Source: Camelus dromedarius (Eukaryota). Taken from it: a stretch of DNA of 64,000 bases. A program made the position numbers and the translations under genes. The notes below the pieces were generated by a model. That model saw only the letters and a program-made list of their open reading frames with translations, made no database searches and was not told the origin of the DNA. Location: assembly GCF_036321535.1 (NCBI RefSeq), contig NC_087437.1, positions 31,002,001 through 31,066,000 of the forward strand, written 5' to 3'. Shown here in pieces: positions 37,601-50,900 of this stretch. The stretch's first letter is position 1. Each line of letters opens with the position of its first letter.

Positions 37601-37989
37601 CTAAGGAGGGATTTTTTATTCCTCTTTTAAAAGTAGGGACACCAGGGCTCAGGGATTTGCCGAAGATCATACAGCCAAAGTATCCCAGAGCCAGGATTTC
37701 AGTCATTTCCACACACATGATGTATGTAGAAATGGATATTTAGAATAGATGATCTGTGTCAGATCATCACTCAACCATCTACTTAGCTTGATAGCTCTTA
37801 CAGAAAATTGGGTTGTTCACATAAACCAGCTTGTCATGAGGAAGGGAGAGATAAGGGGTGTAAAGCGCCTAGCCTGGTGCTGGACACAAAGTAGAAACTA
37901 AAAAACTTGTCTTCCTGTCCTTCCATTCTCTTCTTTCTCAAGGGGCCTAAGGACACGGCTTCACTCTGATTCACCAGGCAGCATGAAAC

Positions 37990-38168
37990 ATAGGTTTTTT
38001 TCTCTCAAGAAAGTTACTTAACCTTTTCAAACCTCAATTTCCTTATTCATAAAATGGAGATAATAGTGCTTCCTACTTTATAGAGTTGTGGCATTCAAAT
38101 GAGAAAATGCATGTCGAGTAGTTAGCACAATGCATGGCACGTGGTTAGTGCTCAATAAATGTTAACTG
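37990..38168 (+). mobile_element. MIR SINE
   Basis: aagttacttaacc...cctcaatttcctt...taaaatggagataatagt core and gtgctcaataaatgtta tail. Confidence 0.8.
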
Positions 38169-40622
38169 TATGTCATACTAGAAATGGGAAGATTTAAGTA
38201 TTTAGGGTTGTCGGAGCCAGAAGGACGGTCTGCCCTGTACCTGTTGATTTGTGCCCTGTGCCTGGCATGCCCTTCAGTGCTGAGATGGGGCAGGCCCAGC
38301 TCCAGGAGAAGGCCTAAAGGAGGAAATTGGGGCCTTCTGAGTCATCCTGTTTTATTTACTGTGCATGCTATGCAGTTCTTGCCAAGGAGATGGCAGGATT
38401 TTCTTTCAAATAAAACTGAATTTTTCAGTTTTCAGAAGAAGGATTTTTTCCCTCTGCTGCTGAATTGAGCTTCCTAAGGGCTTCTTGCTGGAATGAAGAG
38501 AATGAAATGCTTGACTTTGTGATAATAGCCTCTGGTTTAGTAATTAGACATTCCAGGAATAACTGCTTTGACAGAAGTCAGCTACATTTTATCTTGACAG
38601 TGAAAGAGTCTTCTATTTTCTCCTTTCCTCCTATTCCATCGTAATAATGGAAGAAGCTATTTGGAAGCCTGGTGATTTTGTAACATGTATCACTGGTTAA
38701 GGACCCAGTACGTGCTAAGATTTTCCTGAAAGGTCACAACTAGAAATACTTTATGGTGGAAAGATCATGGGAAAGGCCAGCTTCCTGTATATCCTAGCCA
38801 GCAGTATCAACTTGAGGGGTTTTCAGATTAAAGCTATATTGGAACCTCCTCTTCAAGTTTTCATTCTATCTTTGCAATAGGGAGCTGGCCCTGTGGAGTT
38901 TGAAAAGACTGGGAAGGTCTGGGGCAGAGAACAAGGCTGGAGTCCAGCCCAGCCATTTACTTATCTCTGGCAAGTTACTGAAAATCTGTAACCCTCAGTG
39001 TCCTCGTATGGAAAATGGTGGTGATGAACCCACGTTGCAGGATGATTGGAAGGATGAGGGAATGGATATAAAACTCGCAGCGTGGCATGTGGTAAACACT
39101 TAGTACATTTCAAGAAATAGTGGGTCCTTTCCCTCACCTCCTCCAATGCTTTATAGTTAGGTAGTCATGGGCAAGTCTCTTAGGCCCCCTGGTATCAGAG
39201 TACCTATCTGTAAAATTAAGGGGCTTGTCTAGCTAATCACACACGAATGTTGCATGGGACCAGAACATTCCATAATTCTGTGATTTTTTTTCATAATTCT
39301 GTGATTATTAGTGTTATCATTCACTGACAAGCTGCTCCAACACTGAAGTGAATCGGCTCCAAGATGAAAGGTGGAATGACTGCAGGGGGCTGGATGGCAG
39401 AATGACCTGGAGCTGGGCCTGAGGAGAGTAGAAGAGCAGAGGGGCCTCAGGTGGGGGACCAGCCTGAACCTTCTGGGAATGAGAAAAGAGTCCAGGGAGA
39501 TTTAGCCCAAACCCTGCTTGGTTTACTGAATGATCACCCACTTCCAGGGCCAAGGTAGGCGTTTTTGACATGTCCAGACTACTACATTCCTCAGCACCTT
39601 TTTGGTGAAAGGCAGCAGAAACCTAATAAAAACCAGCTGAAATCCAGTAAAAACCAGCTAAAGCACAAAAGATATTTTACTCTCTCATGAAAACGGAAAG
39701 TCAAAGGGATAGACCCACGCATGGCTGGATGAGGGGCTCAAATGATGCTGTCAGGGCTTTTCCTCGCTGCATCTTCAGCTCTTCTTGTTTGTCATTTTGA
39801 ATATGGAACTCCCAGTTTTTCTCTCGCTTCTGATAGGCTTCATCTGCCTGAGAGCCAAGGTGGACCCTGGCAGACTTAGGTTTAGAATCCAATGGGAAGA
39901 TACCCTCCCTCTGTGTCTGTATATCTCATGCAGTGGAAGGGCTCTGAGTAGATTTTGTTCATCGTAGCATGTAAATGTCACATCACAATGCTCAAAATAC
40001 AAAGGCCTGGGAGATGTGGCCACCAATGTGAACATGGGCCACATGGGCCTTGTGATTTATAGTCCAATGGTATCTACATGAAACTGAGGAGTTGCTGTTT
40101 ACCATTTAAAAAAAAAAAAAAAGGTGCTGGGCAAACACAAACACAACCCACAGAGATAGCCATGACAGGCGGCCCAGCAAGCAGAGCTCCATCCGCACAC
40201 TGACCTCAGCCTCCTGATCACTTGGTACTGACCCTCCAGAGACACTGAGAAACAGCAGTGAACCCCTGGGCCTGGCCTCGAGGAACTTGACCTTTTTTTT
40301 TTTCTTCTTTTCTATCATCTTCTTCCTTTCAATTTCTTGATCACAGATCTTACACATCATTATCCATCACAAGTCTTTCCAGTGACAGTTTCCTCAGCCC
40401 CGCATTGTGCCTCTATCCCACCTGCCTGAAAAACCCAAACTCTGGGTCAACCAAACCATCCCATTTCTCCATGCTTACACTGCTGGGCACTCCAGCAGAC
40501 AGTCACAGGCCTGCACTGGAGATTCATGGCCTCCAGCCTCAGGCAGGCCCCATTCCTAGCAGATCTTTCATCCATCCTCCACAGTGGCCATTTCAAACAT
40601 CTTCCTCCTGCTGGTTACTTGC

Positions 40623-41040
40623 TGTTTCCCCTGTGGATTGATTCTCCACCTGTATCTTTCCTGTGCCCTGATTGTCTGACCTCTGCAGATGACACCATCT
40701 GGCTCCTTACCCTCTGGCTTCCTGTCGGGTTTGGTCAAGGAGGGGGCTTGCAGAAGAATCAGAGGGCAAGAGGACAGAGAGGTTGGCTTCTCTATTTCCC
40801 TGCTTCCTCCCTGCCTCCCCATTGGTCTGGCAAGGGAGGAGTCCCACTGACTAATGTCTCTGGGCAATTCCCTTTTCATGACTGCAGCTCTGAGCAGCTC
40901 ACTGTTGCTAGTTCCTGGGTGCCTCATCTTCCCTTCTTTGTTCCCTTAACCCAGCCCACATCTATCTGACTCACCCCTTCATTAATTCTCTTTAGTTAAA
41001 CTCTTTGGAGTGTGCCACGTTTCCTGCTGGAAAGTGCTCG
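40623..41040. mobile_element. ERVL solo LTR (LTR33/LTR16-like)
   Basis: Shares motifs with 889-1334 (ccctctggcttcctgtcgggtttggtcaa; gtttcctgctgg). Confidence 0.55.
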
Positions 41041-42284
41041 AGCACAACCACTCTCCTAAAACGTGGCCACTCTGGCTCCTTCATGCCCAGGAGGGAAGTG
41101 ACCCCTTCATTCTTACATCACAGAGAGAACAGAGACCACTTGAAGGGACCTCCTCAACTTCCTCCCACTGAGCCTAAACCCTCCTGCATCTGCATCCTTC
41201 CTCTTCCCACCATTTCTCCTATTCCATTAACAGATTGTCCAGCCTCTGCCTGAGACCAGTATGTCTACTTGTGCTCTGGATTCCATGACCCCATCGACCT
41301 GGGGACCTTATTCTGTCTGTCGTCTCTTCTTTCTAGGATCTTCAGCCTGTCCCTCACACTGGTTTCTTCCTTCCTTCCAGCAAAAAAACTTGCTCAAGCC
41401 TGTTCCATCTTTAAGACTCCCCCTAAACACCCACTTCTTAGTGACCATCATATTCTCTCTCCCACATCACAGCAGTCTTCAAAAAAAGGTTGGCTGCAAT
41501 CTCTACATCCTCATCCCCCATTTTCTGGGATGACACATGGCCTCTGTAGCCCCAAATGGGCAACATATCTGTTTAGAGGATCATACCATCCTTTGCTGAA
41601 TCAAGCTTTCTATCTCTAGTAGGAATTTGGTTATTCCTTTTAATTATTTGGAAAATTGTGTTTAAGAAAGACAGTGGGTTGAGTCTGAAAAGTTTGCCAA
41701 GCATTGTAAATGCCAGCATTCTACACTTACTCTTCAGTTATAACTCGCAAAAGAAATCCATGGGAAAACTTAAACCTGGTACATCAGAGCTTGATAGAGG
41801 ATGCTATGGTCAGCACTGGGCGTCAGGACAAGGGGAGACATGTCTCCGGTTCTGTGAGTCAGGAAGCAGCGTCCATGGCCAAGAGAGGGGCTCAAGGCCA
41901 GGAGTGGGTCTGAGGGTTTGAGACAAGGACAATTCTGTGGTGATTTCTAGATTACTTGCCTTGGTTTGAGTTTTATCTCCCTCCTTACTCTACTCCCAGC
42001 TACCTGGGAATATCCGTAAATCCTTCTAAACCCTTCTCATCACCATTTATCAGGAACACATTTTATATAGAAAGCATTTATACTCTTTTAACAGGCATCC
42101 AACGCCTGTTTCAAAAGCACCTACTCAATAAAGAAAGAGCAGGGATTTTGGAATCAGCCAGGCTTCAGTGAATTTAGGAAATTACTAAACCTTACTACGT
42201 CTGTTTCTTCTGTACTACTCAAAAATTGTGCATTCTCTATATTGTTCAACCCTCCATACACAGTCTCCCAGTATGTGGAGACTA

Positions 42285-42430
42285 ATAATTCTCAAAGTTC
42301 AGTGTGCATATGAACCATCTGGGCGACCTCATTAAAATGCAGGTCCTATTCAGTAGGTCTGGGGTAATTCTAATTAGTTCCTAGGTGCTGCCTGAAGTGC
42401 TGGTTTTGAGACCACACCTTGAGTGTCAAA
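42285..42430. mobile_element. hAT-Charlie MITE (MER5-like)
   Basis: ttctcaaagtt...ttaaaatgcag...attcagtaggtctgggg...gaccacaccttgag. Confidence 0.7.
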
Positions 42431-45400
42431 AACCCATCTATGTACTGATAACATGAATATGAACAAAGAAAACATGTCACCATCCCTTATAGCAACTGAA
42501 AATCCCAGAGTGCCCCTGAGCCTTTTCCAGAATCCCTTCCAGGGATGATGGAAGCACTGCAAGCAGCTCTGGGGAGTCTGCAGCCCAGCAGATGGTCAGG
42601 TCGCCTCCTGCCCCCTCACTGCTAATGTGGTCAGGTCTGCTGTCCGTATCGGTCCTAACTCCCGCATTCTCCTATTCATGTCCTAGCTGCCACAGCAGCA
42701 TAGCCTTCTTAAGGTACCTCATATTTATAGGGAACCTCTATTTCCAGTCTCCCTACCATTCACCCACTGTGCAAACTCTGTCTTAAATTAGCTCCAGACA
42801 TCATGGAATAAAGAGCTCCTTGCTATCATGCCTTAAACTGCATGAGTACTAGGCAATTACATATAAATCAGCTTTTACACTCCAAAAAATTGGGCTAAAA
42901 AATTTTGGCCCAAACTCTTACATGTGCATTATTACAGTATGAATGTAGGAATGCTTTGACACATTTAAAAAATGCTCTAGTTGTTAAAATGTAAATAATG
43001 TAACAATAAATGACAAAATGTTATCATAATAATGTCTATAGTTTTGTTGAGCACTATACTTTACACTTTATCTGTAATCCTCATAGAAACATTGTAATTT
43101 GTATTTCCTCCTTGTGCAAATGGGGACATGGCGACTCTGAGAGGTGAATCAACTTTCCTAGGTCACACAGCTCATTTGCAGCAGAGTGTAGGTTGCCCAC
43201 CTCTGTCTGATGTGAAGTGCCATTACACTACTTCTGCCTCTCCAGGTTTAAGTGATCTCTCAGCCTCCCTTTTCATTAGACAACTGCTTCCTTAAATACC
43301 TTTCTTGTTTTATTTTTGCCATTTATTTCCTCATTCATAATAGTTGTGGATTTTATTAATGAGGCTTCCCTTAACTTGAGGCAATGTGATCATAGCGGCA
43401 TTGTGATTGGAAAATATCAGTGAGAGACTTCTTCAAAATATTTTAGCTGAGTTTAATCTCACACAAATGGTATTCCTGAGGGTCAAGAATCAGTGGGAAA
43501 TGGAGTCCCTTTTCTGCCAGGCAGTGAGGCAGAATCAACCTACAAAGGGCGGGAATAATACATCAGAAATGTGGGCTATTATTTGCTTTTCCAATGTGGG
43601 ACTGAAGAAATATTTGAGTTCATACTGAACCACATGCTAAGAGCCCAGCTATGTTATTTTTATTGTGAGTGACTGAATTGGGGTCAGCCCCTAGGATGGG
43701 AACCAGGGCAACAGGGCCTAAATTGGAACACAACCAAAATCACAGCATCAGTACTCCAACAAAGGAGAGCTGGATTTAGATATTGGAGCCCGGAATAGTT
43801 TTTTATTAAGTGAAAGTGCTTTCCAAGTCTATTGACAAGTGGTCTTTCAAGTTTAAAAGGAAGAAGTTTGAGTAAAGGGCAATGGTTGGGACAGGATTAT
43901 TGCTGGTCTGACTCACCTCACAAATATTTCCTGTAAGATCACAAAATGTCATTGATCCTGGTTGCTGCCTAGTAATATGGCCTGCCTGAGGTTGGAGGCC
44001 ATGAATTTAAGTACTTATCATCAGAACTTGTCTGTCTTTAAAAATAAGAAAATAATTGCCTCCTGTTTTGCACTCTTTATTTTTCCTTTTTGGAATCCCT
44101 CTTCTCTTCCAAAGGGGAGGAGACAGAGAAAATGCAGATTATTTCTAAATCTCTAGATTCTGTAAGAGGCTGTAAAATCTTACAGAAGAGTGGTTTTTTT
44201 CTGATGTTTCCTTAAAGCAGTGATTGCAGATAGCATAGCTTTCAGCACACTCTGCAGTGATGGCTTCAGTGTGTTTTGTTTGCCAAATATTTTCAGAGAG
44301 GTTTACTCTATGCTTTATAAATAGCAATGTTCTAAAATCTATCAAGAGGAACTGCATTTTCTTTCAACGATGACATTCTAAAAGAAATGTGTAGCCTACT
44401 TAAGCAGCAGAAATGCTGTAGGAATACAGTGACTCACTACACAGTGCTAAGTATTTAAAAGGTACTAAAGATGACCAATAGCCATTCATGGTTAGCAAAT
44501 TAACGGGAAAGAAGAAACCAACCTGGCCACAGGCAGATTGAAGGAAAAAAAATCCAAGGCTTTAGTGGAGCGGATAACCAGTGTATTGTTTATAAATATC
44601 ATAAAGGGAGAGCAACAGGAATTGACCTCTTAAGAAATATTCAGTTCATGGAGAATTTGTTCCTGGATAGAATGCAGATTACTGGTGCTAAAAGGACACT
44701 TCTCCATGTCTCTGGGTGCTGGTCCTTCATTTGGCAATTGGGGAAGAAGTATGAACTGTGAAACACAGTATCTGACTTTGAGTCCCTCAAGGCTGCTTAC
44801 AGTGGAGCAAGTCACACAACCTTTGGGCCTGCATTTCCTCATCAAAAAATGGAGAATGAAATCACAGGCAAAATTGATTCATATGTCTAACTACATGGCT
44901 ATTAGCCATTGTGATAAATATTGTTGCTATTCTGACTGAAACTAAAGACCCTTATTTGGAAAAGGCTCTGGTTCAAAGATCTTCCTGCTGAAGCTTCGAG
45001 GTCAGCATCCTCATGCTCTTCCCTCTACACTCTGCCCATCGCAGCCTGTGTGTGCAACCCTGCCTGTCGGCAGATGTGTGTGTGTTTCACTCACCTGGGA
45101 GTGGCCTGATGGGTTCTAAGTTCCGCCAAGTTCAGAGGACACAGGGGGATGTTGAAACTAATAAAAACATCAACAGTCTTAGGACAAGGTGCGAAACAAT
45201 TGGAAATTTCACATAGTCATAGCAGTCAGGAACACAAAAACATCACTATTCCTCAGTGTGTAACTCACAAAACCTTCATTTCCATTGAGAGCAGAACAAA
45301 AATTCTACCAATCCAAGATCAACAGTCACTTTTGAATGTGAATTCAGTCAGTTTTAGATTCTCTCCTTGTCTTTCTTTTTGGGGTGATCTCGGTTTCTAT

Positions 45401-45669
45401 GGGAACTTGCATATTGTCTTGACCATGGGAGGAGTACCTGGTCTCAGTGCCATCCTTGGTCCTCAAGGCCTGCACTTCAGGGCTGGGCTGCTTGTCCGTC
45501 CTGGGGTGAGACTTCCTTCCCTCACAGCAGGCCACTTTGCAATTCCATTGTCTTGACCCAGCTTCATAGCCGTTGGCTTCTCCCAGTCATTTCCTGATGC
45601 ATTTTGATGGGAGGGACCACTGCTACAGAAACATTTTGGATGCTGTTCCATATGATGCTGAGTGTCTGA

Positions 45670-46220
45670 GTAGGATGATTATGCCTCCTGGTTTTGGGGA
45701 CATTGCCAGGTTTTGCCGGTTGTTTCTATGTAATTATTAATAGCACTCTCCTCACTTGCAAAAGTGTCCCTTTTTTTTTGTTTGTTTGTTTTTCTTTCTT
45801 TTTTTTTTTTTTTTTTTGAGGTATAGTCAGTTTACAATGTGTCAACTTCTGGTGTACAGCATGATTCTTCAGTCATATAGGAACACACATATATTCATTT
45901 ACTTATTCTTTTTCACCATGAGCTACTACAAGGTACTGAATATATTTCCCTGTGCTATACAGTATAAACTTGTTTATCTGTTTTACACATACCAGTCAGT
46001 ATCTGCAAATCTCGAACTCCCGGTTTATCCCTTCCCACCCCTCTCCCCACTGGCAGCCACAAGTCTCTATTCTATGTCTGTGAGTCAGTTTCTGTTTTAT
46101 ATAAAAGTTTATTTGTCTTTTTTTTTTTTTTTTAGATTCTACATATGAGTGATGCCATATGGTATTTTTCTTTCTCTTAAAAGTATCCCAGTTTCACAAA
46201 GTGTTCTGGAGTCACTTTAG
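45670..46220. mobile_element. hAT-Blackjack MITE (MER94-like), interrupted by L1
   Basis: gtaattattaatagcactctcctcacttgcaaaagtgtccc...agtttc resembles the recalled MER94 consensus; degenerate terminal repeats. Confidence 0.65.
45771..46178 (-). mobile_element. L1 3' terminus inserted into a hAT MITE
   Basis: PolyT tail plus L1 3' UTR; TSD aaaagt[g/a]tccc at 45760-45770 and 46179-46189. Confidence 0.87.
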
Positions 46221-46519
46221 TATGCAGGAATCCTGCCCCTCAGGCCCTCATGGCCAAATACCTCCCTCAGCCATTGCTTTCCTCCCACTCAGAAGCCTTC
46301 TTGGATACAGGGCCATAGATAAGGCCCAGTGGCATCTCCGTCCTAATCAAGTTCACTCCTATTCTCACATCCTGCCTCAAGTTTCTTTTTGGCCTGGGCG
46401 AAGGGAGAGGAGGGAAATAATTCGAACGTGTTTATTTCCCCTCTCCCTCCATTTGTTTTTTAGAGAAAGACTGTCAGTTAATGTAGATTGGATAAAAGTT
46501 CAAAATGATTAGAGACCAG

Positions 46520-47330
46520 ATAAGGATTTAAAACCAGTTATCAGTTATCGTAACTGTGCTCAATCAGGTAAAGGAAAGGTATGCTTACAGTGAATGAAAA
46601 GATTAGAAATCTCATCATAGTCATAAAACTATAGAAAGTATCCAAATGAAAATTCTAGAACTGAATAATACACGATCTGAAGTTAAAAGGTTACTTGATG
46701 CACTTAACATTAGAATATAGGCAAAGTGAGCTTAAAGAAAGATCAATAAAATTATCCAACCTAAAGAGAAAATAAGAATGAAAAACAATAAAAAGAGCCT
46801 CAAGAACGTGAATAGCATCAAAAGATCTAATATATGTGTTATTGGAGTCCCAGAGGAAAGGAGAGAGACTGTAAAAAATGACCAAAATTCCCCCTAATTT
46901 GGTAAAAGACAGAAATTTAAAGATTCAAGCTCAGCAAATCCCAAGCAGTATAAATACAAAGAAAACCTGAGCACATCAGAGTCAAACTGATCAGAATCAA
47001 AAATAAGGAGAAAATACTAAAAACATCCAACAAAATCCAACTCATTGCAAATAAGGTAAAATGACTTGATTGATAACTGATTTCTAATCTGAAAATGTGG
47101 AGGTCAGAAGATGAGATGAAACAAAATCTTGAAAGTTACAGAAAAGAAAGAACCCAGAGAAAATACCCTCTAAGAATGAAGATAAAGTAAAGGTGTTTTT
47201 ATGTAAAAGAGAATTTGTCGCTAATAGATCTATAAGAAATATTCAGCGAAGTTCTTCAGACTATAGGAAATGATAGTGGATAGAAACATGGGTCCTCAGA
47301 GCATCAAAAATAGTGACTATGTAAGTAAAC
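46520..47330 (+). mobile_element. Old L1 ORF1-region fragment
   Basis: gaaaattctagaactga and attggagtcccagagga (IGVPE) are ORF1-like motifs. Confidence 0.65.
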
Positions 47331-47349
47331 ACAAAAGCAACCCTCTAAT

Positions 47350-47735
47350 TACACCCACCCCCACCCAGCAAACTTGGTCCTCCTACATTTTCCTAGTCTC
47401 AGCAAGTGTCTCTGATCAAAATCCTTTGAGCCATGCTTGACTCCTCTCATTCTTTTATACTGCTTTCCTGGTAACAATCCACCAGGAAATTCTGTCCTTT
47501 CTGCCTCCAAAATCTGTATTTAGTCTGAACACTTAAATTTTAACCTCCACTGTTTACCCCTGGCCTAAGCCGCCATCGTCTCTCCTTGGTTACTGCAGCA
47601 GCCTCCAAACTGCTCTCTCTCCTGCTTCCCTTGACCCTCTACATTCTGTTCTGGCACAGCAGCTGGATGGATCCTTTTAATACATAAGACTGATCATATC
47701 ACTCCTCTGTTATTGTATTCTAAAGTTCCCCATCT
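47350..47735. mobile_element. L2 fragment
   Basis: cttgactcctctc...ttactgcagcagcctcc...gatcatatcactcctctg. Confidence 0.65.
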
Positions 47736-47917
47736 CAGAGTTGTCAGTGGATAGATATTAATACATCATTTTTAAATGACACATCATTGTGATTTTTATA
47801 TATGTCTGAGAAGACATTTAAAGAAATCAATAATTTTACTACAATAAAGTCTTCCCTTTCCATCAGTTTATCTATATGAACAAGGTTTCTTGGAACATGT
47901 ATCTTTAAAAATTTTTT

Positions 47918-50900
47918 TCTTTTTTTTTTTTTAACATTTTTTATTGATTTATAATCATTTTACAATGTTGTGTCAAATTCCAGTGTTCACAATTTTTCAG
48001 TTATTCATGGACATATACACACTCATTGTCACATTTTTTTCTCTGTGGGTTATCATAACATTTTGTGTATATTTCCCTGTGCTATACAGTGTAGTCTATT
48101 CTACAATTTTGAAATCCCAGTCTATCCCTTCCCACCCTCCACCCCCCTGGTAACCACAAGTCTGTATTCTCTGTCTGTGAGTCTATTTCTGTCCTTTATT
48201 TACGCTTTGTTTTTGTTTGTTTGCTTGTTTTTGTTTTTGTTTTTTAGATTCCACATATGAGCGATCTCATACGGTATTTTTCTTTCTCTTTCTGGCTTAC
48301 TTCACTTAGAATGACATTCTCCAGGAGCATCCATGTTGCTGCAAATGGCATTATGTTGTCGGTTTTTATGGCTGAGTAGTATTCCATTGTATAAATATAC
48401 CACCTCTTCTTTATCCAGTCACCTGTTGATGGACATTTAGGCTGTTTCCATGTTTTGGCTATTGTAAATAGTGCTGCTATGAACATTGGGGTGCAGGTGT
48501 CATCCTGAAGTAGATTTCCTTCTGGATACAAGCCCAGGAGTGGGATTCCTGGGTCATATGGTAAGTCTATTCCTAGTCTTTTGAGGAATCTCCACACTGT
48601 TTTCCATAGTGGCTGCACTAAACTGCATTCCCACCAGCAGTGTAGGAGGGTTCCCCTTTCTCCACAGCCTCTCCAGCATTTGTCATTTGTGGATTTTTGA
48701 ATGACGGCCATTCTGACTGGTGTGAGGTGATACCTCATTGTAGTTTTGATTTGCATTTCTCTGATAATTAGTGATATGGAGCATTTTTTCATGTGCTTTT
48801 TGATCATTTGTATGTCTTCCTTGGAGAATTGCTTGTTTAGGTCTTCTGCCCATTTTTGGATTGGGTTGTTGATTTTTTTCTTCTTGAGTCGTATGAGCTG
48901 CTTATATATTCTAGAGATCAAGCCTTTGTTGGTTTCACTTGCAAAAATTTTCTCCCATTCCGTAGGTTTTCTTCTTGTTTTACTTCTGGTTTCCTTTGCT
49001 GTGCAGAAGCTTGTAAGTTTCATTAGGTCCCATTTGTTTATTCTTGCTTTTATTTCTTCTAGGAGAAAATTTTTGAAATGTATGTCAGATAATGTTTTGC
49101 CTATGTTTTCCTCTAGGAGGTTTATTGTATCTTGTCTTATGTTTAAGTCTTTAATCCATTTTGAGTTGATTTTTGTATATGGTGTAAGGGAGTGTTCTAG
49201 CTTCATTGTTTTACATGCTGCTGTCCAGTTTTCCCAACACCATTTGCTGAAGAGACTGTCTTTATTCCAATGTATATTCTTGCCTCCTTTGTCAAAGATG
49301 AGTTGACCAAAAGTTTGTGGGTTCATTTCTGGGCTCTCTATTCTGTTCCATTGGTCTATATGTCTGTTTTGGTACCAATACCATGCTGTCTTGATGACTG
49401 CAGCTCTGTAGTATTGTCTGAAGTCTGGGAGAGTTATTCCTCCAGCCTCTTTCTTTCTCTTCAGTAATGCTTTGGCAATTCTAGGTCTTTGATGGTTCCA
49501 TATGAATTTTATTATGATTTTTTCTAGTTCTGTGAAATATGTCCTGGGTAATTGGATAGGCATTGCATTAAATCTGTAGATTGCCTTGGGCAGTGTGACC
49601 ATTTTAACAATATTGATTCTTCCAATCCAAGAGCATGGAATATCTTTCCATTTTTTAAAGTCTTCTTTAATTTCCTTCATCAATGGTTTATAGTTTTCTG
49701 TGTATAATTCTTTCACCTCCTTGGTTAGATTTATTCCCAGATATTTTATTACTTTGGGTGCTATTTTAAAGGGGATTGTTTCTTTACTTTCTTCTTCTGT
49801 TGATTTATCGTTAGTGTAAAGAAATGCAACTGATTTTTGAACGTTAATTTTGTAACCTGCTATCTTGCTGAATTCTTCCATCAGCTCTAGTAGCTTTTGT
49901 GTGGACCTTTTAGGGTTTTCTATATATAGTAACATGTCATCAGCATATAATGACACTTTTACCTCTTCTTTTCCAATTTGGATCCCTTTTATTTCTTTCT
50001 CTTGCCTGACTGCTGTGGCTAGGACTTCCAGGACTATGTTGAATAGGAGTGGTGATAGTGGGCATCCTTGTCTTGTCCCAGATTTTAGTGGGAAGCTTTT
50101 GAGTCTTTCACCGTTGAGTACTATGCTGGCTGTAGGTTTGTCATATATAGCTTTTATTATGTTGAGATATGTTCCCTCTATACCCACTTTGGCGAGAGTT
50201 GTTATCATAAATGGGTGTTGAATTTTATCAAATGCTTTTTCTGCATCGATTGAGATGATCATGTGGTTTTTGTCCTTTCTCTTGTTGATGTGATGTATTA
50301 CACTGATTGATTTGCATATGTTGAACCAGCCTTGTGTCCCTGGGATGAACCCCACTTGGTCATGACATATAATCTTTTTTATGTGTTGTTGGATTCTATT
50401 TGCTAAAATTTTGGTGAGGATTTTGGCGTCTATGTTCATCAGTGATATTGGCCTATAATTCTCTTTTTTTGTAGTGTCTTTGCCTGGTTTTGGTATCAGG
50501 GTGATGGTGGCTTCATAGAATGAGTTGGGGAGTATTCCCTCCTTTTCAATCGTCTGGAATAGTTTGAGAAGGACTGGTATGAGTCCTTCTTTGTATGTTT
50601 GGTAGAATTCCCCGGTGAAGCCGTCCAGTCCTGGACTTTTATTTGTAGGGAGGTTTTTAATTGCTATTTCTATTTCCTTTCTAGTGATCAGATTGTTCAA
50701 GCGTTCAGATTCTTCTTGATTCAGTTTTGGTGGACAGTATGTTTCCAGAAACTTGTCCATCTCCTCTAGGTTATCCAGTTTGGTTCCATATAGTTTTTCA
50801 TAATATTCTCGTATGATATTCTGTATTTCTATTTTGTTTGTTGTAATTTCTCCATTTTCCTTTCTTATTTTGCTAATTTGTGCTCTTTCTTTTTTCTTCT

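Noticed and set aside
40405..41619. Cluster of overlapping 80-150 aa ORFs
   Set aside because: They fall in LTR/L2-derived pyrimidine-rich sequence with no protein family resemblance.
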